A DNA stretch of 64,000 nt, from assembly GCF_037042905.1 (NCBI RefSeq), contig NC_087251.1:17548001-17612000 (forward strand), in the 5' to 3' direction. This document shows positions 52,713 through 64,000 of the stretch, piece after piece. Under the pieces are notes generated by a model. The model saw nothing but the letters and a program-made list of their open reading frames with translations, was not told where the DNA came from and did not search any database. A program made the position numbers and the translations under genes. The DNA is from Lytechinus pictus. Its lineage: Eukaryota. Position 1 is the stretch's first letter; each line of letters begins with the position of its first letter.

Positions 52713-54234
52713 ATTTTTGTTATTTCCTAAATGTATATCAGTTGATCAATATTGTATCGCATAAATGTTTTTTAAACATAATCAAAATAAAGTGCCGTAT
52801 AATCTTGCCTCTATGATCAAACGTAAAATGTTAAATACACAGTTATAACACTAGAAATCCTGAAAATTATAACGTTGAAGAATGTAAAAATACAGCATCT
52901 TCATTTTCTTTTAAATTCAAAGGACCTTGTATTTGGAATTCTCTTCCCCGTAACATCAAACGGATTTCATATTTAAATTCCTTTAAATCTAAGCTGAAAA
53001 ACTTTCTTTTCAACCATTCAACATTTTAATTTGATTTTTCTCATCATATTTCCTTATTATTATATGTTTATTTTATTAGTACAAGTCTTGAATTTTAAAT
53101 TTTACTGTCCATAGGGACTGCCTCGACAGAACCTTTGCTTTGTTCTTTTGCAGCTTCCCATTTCATGTTCATTTTTATGCAAGTACTGTAAATAGCCTTG
53201 TTCATTCTTAGCCTTTAAAAAAAATAATCTTACTTGCCATTTTTTACGTATCTTTGTATCTTTTTTTTTTCTTTTTGTGTTTTTGTTATTTTTACACGCT
53301 CAATGTATTTTACTGGACTTGAATAAATCAATAAATGGATGAATGAAAAAATATGATTTATGAAAAAAAACCTGTGTATATTCACCTGCAAAATTATTAA
53401 AAACTTATTACGTCGTTATACGTACATAAGTATGCAAACTATGGATCAATTTCTAGAATAACGTTCTTCCTGGGGAATGATAACCGATGAATATATTAAG
53501 TTTAAAATAGATTCATCAACAACTCTGCCAAGAAACCAATAATTTTACCAATTTTTTAAACACATGTGATCGACTATGGGCATTTCATTGCAGTTCCTTA
53601 TCCTTTGGAACTCCAAAATATTTAACACTTTTTACCATTTGAATATCTGTTTCACGAATGCGTTAGTCTATAAACTCGACACAATTGGCAAGACATATAC
53701 ACTCTAAGATCCAGATAACAGAGTGTGGATTATAATCTAGAAATTACTAGAATAAATCTAAAATATGGTAATACAAAAAAAATCAATTTAAAATGCATCA
53801 TCCAAATCTCCCCCCCCACACTCTCTCTTTCGGACTTCCTCTCTTTTCATCGTTTATAGCCACTTTCTTCTTTACAGATATGTATATGGCTTCTGCATGG
53901 GTGTAGTTCATCAATATCTTAGACCATGAAGCCATTTCTAAAAGTAGCACAGTCGTATATGCATATATTAATCTATTATTTGAAACCTAGCAACAAAGTC
54001 TGATGCATAGATAAATCGCGAATGATTGTTATCTCCTCGTACATTTGTTCTTTCTGACATCTATAGTGATATTATTCACAGCACCGTTGGCAATGGAACA
54101 CTAGTCAAGTGAATACTCCTCATGAGAAGTAGTTTTATAATTATGTCGCAGTGAGTGCAGGTAGATCGCGATCTTCTGAAGATAGGTACAGTATTCTTAG
54201 TAAATAGCCATTAAACGGAAGGACGCGGTGCAAG

Positions 54235-54364
54235 ATGGACTTAGATACCGAACGGTGGACAAACGACACTCCATGGACTCGTAAAACATTATCAGATGAC
54301 CCCTATACATCAGTTCTTTCTCACAAAGGAGATATTTGTGCAGGTGTTTATTTGGTGTTTATTT
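54235..54364 (+). CDS. Neuropsin/OPN5-like opsin, coding exon 1
   Basis: ATG...MDLDTERWTNDTPWTRKTLSDDPYTSVLSHKGDICAGVYLVFI, then T|GTAAGT; resembles the OPN5 motif DPF.SKLS...D..AG.YL..I; 130 nt, phase 1. Confidence 0.82.
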
Positions 54365-56567
54365 GTAAGTAGTTATTTACCATTAGTAAGTGAATATGGT
54401 ATTGCTCTTTGGTATTTTTATATATTGTAAAGATCATTTCGCTTGAATTCTTCAACATTTTATCGGTTTTACTTTCATGTTAATAAGTAATCTAGTTATA
54501 TTCAAATATTTTCTAATACTATAGAAGTCAAACACATTCCATTCATTTTTTACCATAGAAATTGATGTACATATACATATATGTATATTAAAACGTTTAA
54601 TCTTAATTTTGAATTGTACAATGAATTTCCTTAGAGAGAAAAACATAACCGAATGAATGAATATTCATGTAACTTTTCTTACAATTCTTCTTATACATTA
54701 CATTACCTTATGAGTTGTATACAATTTTTTGTTTGTTTGTTTTGTTTATTTATTTGTTAGAGATGAAATATATATATATCTTGAAGAGTCAGTTCTATAT
54801 TCAAAATTAAGATTTAACGTTTTAAAATGTACCCTTAAATTTATGAAATCTTATCGCCCCAAATTTACATATCTTTCTGTTTGTGTTTTAATGCTTATAA
54901 TTGGTATCTATATAGGCTTTGACATTGCTCTTTTGACTTCATATTTTACTGTTACGATACTGCAGCAAAAAACAATTTAGATTAATTCTGAATTTGATTC
55001 TTTTTTTATTACAGGAAATAGACCACAAGGTAATAAAATAATAAGTTGTCTTGCATATATTGAAGAGTCAGTGCTAAGTAATCCTAATGATATACATATC
55101 CAAGTTGGCTGACAAATCCTTTGATTAAAGTCCAAAATGCTGGCGATGGATGATTGGAGTCACTGTAACTAGTTGAAATGTCCGAAGGCGAACTTGACGA
55201 AACAATCGATTTCAGCAATCCATGGGTTGTTTATAATATATTCTCTCAAACAGGTTGATGATCTTGATGAGAACTGAGAATTCCTCTTTCAAAATAACTG
55301 CAAACAGTTTGTTGATGGTGTGGAAATAATTTCCACAGAAGTTAATTCTGTATTTCACATAAAAGTGAACAATGCTCTGACATGAAAACTAGCGTGAAAC
55401 TCTGAGTTCTGATCTGATATAATGATGTCCATGTAGAAACTGCCAGCTTATATATATAAATTTCCACTCTTCTGGAAGCTTCTCGTATTCTCCATCTTTC
55501 TAGAGCAATCCTAATTTCTAGAAGACTCTTGAATGACTTCAGTGAAATTAACAATGTAAACAACATATAGCTTATCCTATTGTCCTTTTCCCCAGCTGGC
55601 AAACATTACACTACCTCATTAAATATGCGTGTACATAGCAATGCTTAACTAACTGACATTCTGGAATATTCTTATTGTACAATGAACTTCCCTAGAGAGA
55701 AAAAAATAACTATTAAATGAATGAATATTCATGTATTTTTTTTACAATTCTTCTTATACATTACATTACCTTATAAGCTGTATACAGTTTTTTGGTTTGT
55801 TTGTTTTGTTTATTTATTTGTTAGAGATGAAATTTGTAAAATTCGTCAATAGGACATGTACAAATTGAAACAGAACGTTGTCGTTATCCCACAGAAAAGC
55901 TCGTGGATTCCGCCTGCTCGTCAACAGTCTATCATGCCCCATCTCTTTTTATTTATAGAGATTGGCTGGTTTCTCTCTCTCTCGAGTCTTTCTTGACCTT
56001 GTATACACATAATGTTGATAGCTCTATGGTTGATGAGCTTTACCCCCCTAAGCATCTGAGCCCATATGATCGAGAGATATTTAACACGGCTTTTAAGTTT
56101 TTTAAGTCGGGTTTAAGTCAGATTGGTGGCCAGCACATGTCAAAAATAGGCCTACAGGACGCCATGAGAGGGAGATCCACTTTCTTTAAAAAAAAATACC
56201 GACAAGCAAAGTAAATAGGAATAAATGACAGAGTCTAATATAATCTCATTTTCAACTTTGTTCACACAATTGTATTGTATTCTTAAAGTGGGCCGATGGG
56301 GGGCACCTCCTGGATTTTCCACTAATGATGTCGCTTTCTCCGTACGATCATAATGACCACGCGTTATCATCGGTTACAAGGACGATAATTAGGGCGATAC
56401 TGTTTCCGGACTGAACAGGTAACCCTGTCCGGAAACCCTGATCCGTATTTTCTTCAGATTTTCCCTAATAAATGTCAAAGCAAGGACGATTTAATTTTCC
56501 TAATAACATTACCAATAGGGGAGTCTCTAAACCATTGTATAATGATCATTATAATTAGCCTAAAAGT

Positions 56568-56588
56568 ATATATATAATTAAATATATA

Positions 56589-56629
<41 letters not shown>

Positions 56630-56655
56630 ATATATAGATGATATATATATATAGA
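56568..56655. repeat. (TA)n microsatellite
   Basis: Long TA dinucleotide run in opsin intron 1. Confidence 0.95.
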
Positions 56656-57278
56656 TGGACTGAAGAACATGAAGCTTACAATGACTTGTGTAGGCCTACA
56701 GGAGGCCCTCCTACTCAGAAAATTGAAGTTGAAACAGCAAGTTGTATCCTAGCTAGTCTTGGGTGAAGACCCATTTATTGATCAAAAATTCAATCAAGTT
56801 ATGCACATGCAGACTGGAAGGTCATATAGTCGGTTAATAATATTGAATACGTTCATGGCATATGAGCCTGGTTATTTCTGGGAACACAGACCAGAAATAA
56901 ATTTTTAAATGTGTGGTAATTGATCTTTTGAAAGCTGAAGCTTAATTGTATTCATTTTTTTTTTATTATTGTATTTTTGTAATATGAATTAATTGTTAAT
57001 ATCTAATTTTTATGTTTTAAAAACAAGAATTCTAGAATGCTTTAATTCAAGCCTTGTTTACTTCAACAAAATATAAAGGATCCGCGCTTCAAACCTTTTT
57101 TTCCATTGTTGCCTGATTATGAGATTATGATTCTTTCCTAATATGTATTCTAATTTGCAATATCAATACACTTTGGTTAATGTGAATATTCATTTTATCG
57201 TGGTAAATAACAAGAAGGCAAAATCCCAACTTGAAATGAATATAAATTAACTATTCTCAATATTAATGGCTAGTCACT

Positions 57279-59290
57279 ACAGGGGCGGATCCAGCCTTCG
57301 CCAATAAGGGGCGATTTTTTTTTTCAGCCATATTTTCCCCGATCGGCCGCTCGAAGTTGATTTTTGTTTGTTTCTTTGAAGGGGTAGTCCTAATAGTCAC
57401 TTCTTCGCTTTATTCTTATAAATCAATATAAATATATAATAATCTTATAATCCTCATTTAAATAGTGCGAGCGAGAAGCGCGAGCTTTTTTTAATGTATT
57501 TTGTCCTAAAATTTGAACATTCTGGGCAATGTTTGTGATCCTGAACAAGATGTGCATATATGCAACTAAATAATAGTGCGAGCGCGAAAAACGAGCAGAA
57601 ATTTTTAATATACGTTTTGAACTGATCGAAAAGGTACCTGTTAACGTGGTTAAGGGCTGCTTGCAGTTAGCCAGGAAGGCGTTACACATTTCAACAATTA
57701 CAGAAGCCCGAGCTAAATTTTTTTGACAGTTCTACCTAAAGAATGGAAATTCTAAGCACTTTTTGTAATTGTGAACAGGATAGATATATGACTAAAGAAA
57801 TGATGCGAGCGAGAAGCGCGAGCAAAAAAATTCGTGATTTAGACCTAAAAACAGAACACTCTATTCATGTTTTGTAAATCATGAAAAGGATGATTAATTG
57901 GGGATCATCCTACATTGGTAATGCGAGCGCAAAGCGCGAGCAGAAAATTTTAGATATTCTGATCTGAGCCTGGATAATGATTTAAATAGAAAACAAGCTT
58001 AATAAACATGCGCGCGTTTCAGATTTAGACCTAGAATCTAGGCATTCTAAATACATCTTTATCATGAAAATAAATAAAGCGATTGCGAAGCGCGAGCTTG
58101 AAATATTTGATATTTCGATCTGAAAAAGGGTCAATTTAAGCTTTATATTTCAAGAACTATGTAGGAAAATTGTAAGGTGGATATGGATCGCATTAAGAGC
58201 TGATATTTTTCATGATTATTACTTTGAGTTTTGATATAGGACCGAGACATCCTAAGGACATTATTTCATCATATGAAAATGATGACCGCGAGATGAAACT
58301 TGCCGATATTCCATTCAGAAAAGGGGACAATTTAATTATTAGATTAATATCTCATTTACTAATCTAATAAGCCTAATGAGAGCGCGAAATCTTTTAATAT
58401 TATGCCTTGAAAACTGGACATTTTAAGAACTTTTGTAATTATGAATAGGATGCATGAGTTAATATATTTTTAACAATTAATTCGAGCGCAAATCGCGAGC
58501 TGCAAATTTTTGATAATTAATCTGTCATGAAATGACGATTTTAAGTAGTTTGTTATAATATTAATATTGAGACATACATAACTCACCAATCAAAATGCGA
58601 GCGTGCAGCGCTAGCTGATACGTTCTGACAATCAGACCTGAATAGGGATATTTTGAGAACTTTATGGAATACACGAAAATAATAGGTTCCTGACAAATAA
58701 AATTTTGCGAGCGCGCAGCGCGAGCATAAAATGTTAATATTCAGACCATAAACTGACATTTTGACGGAGCACTTTTGAAAAATCAATTTGTAAATCAAAT
58801 AAAAATAATGAAAGTTCAATATCCGAGCTGAAATATGTTTTGTATATTGTCTAGCTCCATATTGAGCAAGATATGTTAATCACCTAACAGGCAATGCGAG
58901 CGCGAAGCGGGAGCGAAAATTTTATATAGTGATATGAATTTTTTTTTCTATTTTCCGAGTCTTCCCCTCATGTTATTATATTCATTCGTGTTCTTCCTCT
59001 TTTTTTTCTCCTCTCTTTTCTCTTTTTTTTCTTTCTTTCCCCTTTTTTCTTTTTGGTAATAATAATGCATATTAACTAGGCGTTATTCAAGCACTTTTTG
59101 AAACCATGAACAAGAATGGGTATCTAACTAAAACAAATAATGAAAATTAGAATCATGAAAAGAGTAATTTGTGCATATTGACTTTAACACTTGAATTTTA
59201 AGCCTCATCTTATTGAACAGATAATTTGTTTATCTCAATCAACAGCCATTGGGAGCGCAAAGCGGGAGCGAAATTTTTTATTTTTAGGTC
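57279..59290. mobile_element. Relative of the 35109-36476 family with repeated GCGAGCGCGAAGCGCGAGC modules
   Basis: Colinear similarity to 35213-36370 (caggggcggatccagccttcgccaata..., gacctagaatct, gtcttcccctca...). Confidence 0.75.
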
Positions 59291-59867
59291 CTATATAATG
59301 ACCTGAACGATTTGTCTTAGTGACTAATATTGTTGGGAGCCATCAGTGGCTGGATAAGAAATTTTCGAAATATGAAGAGTGAAAAAAAGCTATTTTGGAG
59401 CACTTTACAGCATGAGTAGGACGCTTATGATAGCATTTATTATACCCCCAGCACCTTGGTGCCGCCACCTGAATATTCCATAATTAATATGGGATATTAT
59501 GAGTGTATAATGGCTTTGGATTATGCTATAGAAATAAATGCTTTAATTGCATATTGAAATTACCAATATTTCTTAAAGATAACTTGAAAATGTGATGAAT
59601 TTTACATTATTTCATTTCGTGATCAAATAAATTTCGAATAACAGGTAGGTATATATACAAAAGATATGTACTGTATATCTTTTGTATATATATATAAGGT
59701 TATACCTCAAACCGTCTAAAAAAAGCACCCGAGTCTGACAAACAATAAATATTATGAGAGACGTAACTCCAAAAAGTGTTTTTTTCCATCTCACATAAAT
59801 TTTGAGGGACATAAAAGTATAGGCACTTCTGATCGTAGAGTATTACCTGCGAATATTTGTTGGACAA

Positions 59868-60126
59868 CCCTACTGGAAAGAACATAGTCCTACAGTGTGT
59901 GCCACAGTGTGTTCACAGTGTGGATCACCTTCAGTGTGACTCACAATATATTCACATAGTCGACTATGTGAATACACTGTGAACAGTCACACTGTCGAGG
60001 TGTCCACAGTGTGACAATACACTTACACCGTTGAATTTGAGCATTTTAACAGTGTGAATAATATTTTCACATAATCCACTACGTGGACACACTGACTGTG
60101 ATCACACTGTGTTCTTTCCAGCAGAG
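59868..60126. mobile_element. MITE with internal CACAGTGTG repeats
   Basis: TIR CCCTACTGGAAAGAACATAGT / ACTGTGTTCTTTCCAGCAGAG; multiple CACAGTGTG/CACACTGTG units in both orientations. Confidence 0.7.
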
Positions 60127-60544
60127 AAAAGGGGCACATTTCCCCTATGACCCTCCCCGCCCCGCCCTCCGAATCCGCAACTGGAAAAGGTATGAGGCTA
60201 AAAAAAGATGCATTGTTTGTGAAAATCTCACTTCGTCACTTTACACCATTTTTTTATTTTCATCGTTTTTCCTTGAGCAGATTTAACATTTCTCCACGAA
60301 AAACTATGGCACATTTGTTATTCATTTATTCATTTTGTACCAAAAAAAAAACAGGTCTGCGTATGTATGCAATACCCGCCCATTGCCTCCGATTACGCCT
60401 ATATTTGCCAATGCATATAATTAGTATTCATAGTTTATAAAATACATTTGTCTTGGGGATGTTAAATTTCCAGCTGTGCAGAGCTCAGTTCATCTTTATT
60501 GACCAATTTAATAAGTTTATTTTATCTCTCTTTATTCTTTTCAG

Positions 60545-60708
60545 CCCTGATAGCTTGTATCGGCAATGTTTCAGTCATTGTGATCTCGCTACGGAAACGT
60601 GATAAATTAAAACCAATTGACCTGTTGACCATCAACCTCGCTGTAGCAGACTTTCTCATCTCTGTTGCCTCGTATCCATTACCAACGATATCAGCTTTTA
60701 GACACAAG
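60545..60708 (+). CDS. Neuropsin/OPN5-like opsin, coding exon 2 (TM1-TM2); gene continues beyond window
   Basis: Pyrimidine tract + tcag| (S)LIACIGNVSVIVISLRKRDKLKPIDLLTINLAVADFLISVASYPLPTISAFRHK |gtcagt; class A GPCR GN and NLAVAD motifs, in frame with exon 1. Confidence 0.88.
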
Positions 60709-62893
60709 GTCAGTTATTAAATTCACCTTTTGTCATTGTCCGTTGCCATTAGTCACACTCAGGTGGGGTGGTGTATTATTTTAAGGGGAATTCTGCTATG
60801 GTATCTTAAGAAATAGTGATAATGCTTGATGCTCATTAACATTTTTAATCCATAAGCGTAATCAATACCTTTAAATTACACATTTTTAGGACTAATTGAT
60901 TATTATTGTATGAAATCTGAAAGGTTTAACTTTTCAAGATGAAGGTCGATGTACAATTTCTTCCTCGTACATATCGTACTGAAATAAGTTGCAGTGGACA
61001 TATTGCTCGAGGAGTGATATCATGAATCGAATTTTATGTTGAAATTGGTCAATAGAGTCAAGCTAAACCATTTCATCCAGATTATAATGGGGTGATTTAA
61101 TGTCCATTTGCTTGTAAAATTTTACTTGTAGCCTACAACCATAAACACTTAGTTATAAACATTCCTTAATATTGATCGGAATATTTGTAGTTTCATATAA
61201 TAAAAAGCAAAAGGTAAAAATGGTTTGTGACATTCACTTCTTCGGGACAAAAAAATATGTGCTACCCACAAAATTATATCCATTTATTTTTCGTCCGATT
61301 TTGATTTTTTTCACAGTGTTTACTTTAATCTTATTGAAAGTGTGTGTGTGTGTGTGTGTGTATATGCTCGTTATCGAGGGCAAAGGTAGGGTTTGTATAT
61401 CCCGTTTTTGTCTCGCCTGCATATAGCAATTCGCTTTTCCGACGGTGGCGTCGTCAACATTGAAATCCTAACGAAGATTAAGTTTCTGAAATGTCATCAT
61501 AACTTAGAAAGTATATATGGACCTACTTTATGAAATTTTGACATAAGGCACTGACGTAAATCCGATCCGAGCAGTGGGGGATGGGAGCAATTATAATGAC
61601 TTGAAAATTCAAACCCATACCAAGGGCTACATATATACATAACCGTGTACATAATACTGCCATCTTCCAGTCAAAGGCCTATAACGATTTTTTTATGGCT
61701 CTATTGCAGTGGAGTTTTTGTAATATAAAGTAATGAATTACAGCTAATATCAATATACGAGCGAGCGAAGTGAGAAAACATTTTTTTAGTTGGAATACAG
61801 AATGATGACCAAAATCGTCTTTCAAGGGGTGGTGTGTAATTGTTGGAGAAATCAGCGAATGGGCGTGGTGAACAAGTCTGGCTTAGAAATGTTGATCAGT
61901 CAGTTGTTTAAAATGAAATGCATTTACAAAGGATGATAAGGTAAATAAAGAACAAGTAAGAATTGAACAGTCTATTTTGTTCAATGAATCACTTGCTCCC
62001 TGGTTTAAGGTGAGATGAGAATTTAAAAAAAAAATGGGATCATGATTATCGAGACTAAGCAGCGGCGTGATGAGCCAAACATTTTTAGGGTGCCAGATAT
62101 GGCTTATCGGGCAAAATATATATATGGGTTTTTTAAAGTTTTTTTAAGTGAGCGGAGCGAGTACAAATTTCGATATTTTTATTTGAAAAATCCAATACAG
62201 ATTTTGACATAATATTCAGAAAATAATATGTTTCACCCTTTGAAACTATTTCCCCCTTTCCTTTTATCTTTTTTTTTTTTTTTTTTTTGGGGGGGGGGGG
62301 TCGTGAAAAATTGGGAAGGAGAGGGCAAGCGCCACTAGCACACCCCCTCCATATGTAAGCCACTGGGACTAAAGATGCCTTATGAAATGATTATAGGCCA
62401 TCACAGGCCAAAATATAAACTTAAAAAACCCGTAGAAATAGCACGATGTAAATTAAAAGGAAAATATTTCAGAAAGGAAAGGTTTTGAATATTGCATGGG
62501 AGATGATGCAACATCCAGCATTTTGAGCAAACTTCATATTTAAAATATTAATTAGTTGTGGAATTAATGTGATTTAAAGTCTGCTATGAACGGATGAGAT
62601 TGTAAAGTCTGTGGGAAATAGGCATATTGCTTTCCTTACTTGCCTTCTATAATTTCTATAGTTTCTAAAATTTGGTCAATGTCACCTATCATTGATTTGG
62701 TCAATGTCATAAATAACTCATCGTACACTTAACCTGAAGTAAAGGGTATGCCTATAGTTGTTAGTACAAATCATCTCCCGCTTCCATAAAAATGCTAGGA
62801 TATGACCCCCCCCCCCCGCAACATTCACGCCAGTGTATTCAAAAGATGAATTACTGGTTTTTGTCAAAGTTATAACCATATTTAACAGTCACA

Positions 62894-63137
62894 GACGGGC
62901 ATGGTGGCTCAGTGGTAGAGCATCCGCCTCATGAACAGGATGTCGTGGGTTCGATCCCCGGCCGAGTCATACCAAAGACTTATAAAAATGGGACCTTCTG
63001 TCTTCTTACTTGGAGCTCAGCATTTAGATTTGAGAAGGGTAATAAATAAATAACATATTATGTTATGCAGGGCCCGCTGGAGGAGCAGTCTTATGATTGA
63101 AGTGGCTACCCTGGGTAAATAAAACGTTATTATTATT
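62894..63137 (+). mobile_element. tRNA-derived SINE, probably MetaSINE-type
   Basis: A box TGGCTCAGTGG, B box GGTTCGATCCC, then ccaaagacttataaaaatgggacc...cagcatttag central domain and a (TTA)n tail. Confidence 0.8.
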
Positions 63138-63141
63138 TAAA

Positions 63142-63256
63142 AAACTCATAAATTGACGTATTATAACCATACTCTCATGATACAGCGGAGATAACCTAAA
63201 ACTCATAAATTGACGTATTATAACCATACTCTCATGATACAGCGGAGATAACCTAA
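63142..63256. repeat. Perfect 57-bp tandem duplication
   Basis: aaaactcataaattgacgtattataaccatactctcatgatacagcggagataacct x2. Confidence 0.95.
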
Positions 63257-63793
63257 GCAATAAGCAAAATGTAGGGATTTGTCATGCCCAAAATCTTGTA
63301 AGATTAGATTCGAACGTAGCGACCGCGCGAGAAATTTTGCATTCTTTTGGCACTTTGACTGCATTTAAAGATGAACCAATGCATTCATTTGATGATAAAA
63401 AAATATCGTTTCTGTCTTGAAAAGTGGGGGGGGGGGGGGGGATTGTACATTGTACATGCATGCCATCCCCCTTTCCAAAAAGTTTGGGGGTATACCCCCT
63501 CCACCATACCCCGGGGATGTACGCTGTAAAAACGCTGTTTAAAATTAAGCCCGTAACTCTAACAACTACTGTTTAAACTTGTTAACAAGTTGTTTAAGAA
63601 ATGTAAACAATTACAAAAAAGTTTAAACAACTTGTTGTTAGAGTGACAGGCTTAAACAATGTGCATTTTTTACTGTGTACGCCAGTGACATAAGGCTAGT
63701 CAATACTGAACATCCTGTCTGAGTTTCTGGTGTGCGTATCATTAACATTTTTTTCTCTCAAGTTGTCAGATCTGACATCTTTCCTTGAATCCG

Positions 63794-63950
63794 GGGAGTG
63801 TTTCATCAACATTTTCATCCGACAAGTTGTCAGATCTGACATCTTGCTCTGATGTTGATTGGCTGAGAGGTACTGTTACTATGGTAACTGTCGGATAAAA
63901 TGGGACTTGTCGGATAAAACGTCCGACAAGTCCTTTCATGAAACGCTCCC
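63794..63950. mobile_element. Palindromic PIF/Harbinger-like MITE; other copies at about 8946-9020, 17608-17735, 28116-28285 and 38933-39088
   Basis: TIR GGGAGTGTTTCAT / ATGAAACGCTCCC; internal TTGTCGGA/TCCGACAA inverted motifs and a CCAATCA core; CWG-like flanks. Confidence 0.75.
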
Positions 63951-64000
63951 CTGATTGGCTGAGAAGCACCATAATAATGCGGTAACTGTCGGATAAAATG

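Larger units (their letters stand above)
41790..53350 (+). mobile_element. Older decayed plus-strand CR1/L2-group LINE hosting the minus-strand LINE; pieces at about 41790-42326 and 51011-53350
   Basis: Endonuclease start (LHLNARSLNKNF, GIMYRQP) breaks at about 42326 and resumes with YIMGDF at about 51015; then RPISVLP, QGSILGP and FADDT; tail aataaatcaataaatggatgaatgaa at about 53330. Confidence 0.8.
61549..63687. mobile_element. hAT-like composite element with nested SINE and MITEs
   Basis: TIR CACTGACGTA / TACGCCAGTG; 8-bp TSD ACATAAGG at 61541-61548 and 63688-63695. Confidence 0.8.
61405..63730 (-). mobile_element. HINE/pearl-like element, copy 3 (partial, inverted), split by a hAT-like element
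   Basis: gtctcgcctgcat...cgcttttccgacggtggcg at 61410; unit sequence resumes after 63688 (actgaacatcctgtctgagtttc). Confidence 0.65.

Noticed and set aside
62894..62970. tRNA gene (A and B boxes, CAT-like loop)
   Set aside because: Acceptor and anticodon stems pair poorly, and it continues into a SINE body and (TTA)n tail; it is a SINE head.
60709..64000. Opsin exon 3 (TM3, DRY motif)
   Set aside because: No matching frame found; the region is repeats, so the exon is presumably outside the window.

Overview
AT-rich, repeat-dense animal DNA; the repeat families and genes suggest an echinoderm such as a sea urchin (inference). It contains two host genes. (1) A complete tubulin-folding cofactor E gene (TBCE, minus strand), which I assembled by hand from 14 coding exons at 33904->12162. 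The frame is open throughout (540 aa from the first ATG) and encodes CAP-Gly, LRR and ubiquitin-like domains. (2) The first two exons of a divergently oriented neuropsin/OPN5-like opsin (plus strand, 54235-60708), which continues beyond the window. The rest is a mosaic of mobile DNA: a full-length Gypsy (Mag-like) LTR element nested in a LINE nested in another LINE; RTE, RTEX and L1/Tx1 fragments; a decayed hAT transposase; Helentron/pearl-like satellite-carrying elements; tRNA-derived SINEs; and many MITEs. The most notable observations are in TBCE: a U12-type minor intron next to a GC-AG intron; a ~57-bp minisatellite built from an exon end plus its own splice donor; and a palindromic element whose end abuts the start codon and may supply a new splice acceptor. 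Three hairpin elements in the window share one architecture despite unrelated arm sequences. I found no prokaryotic system or CRISPR array.
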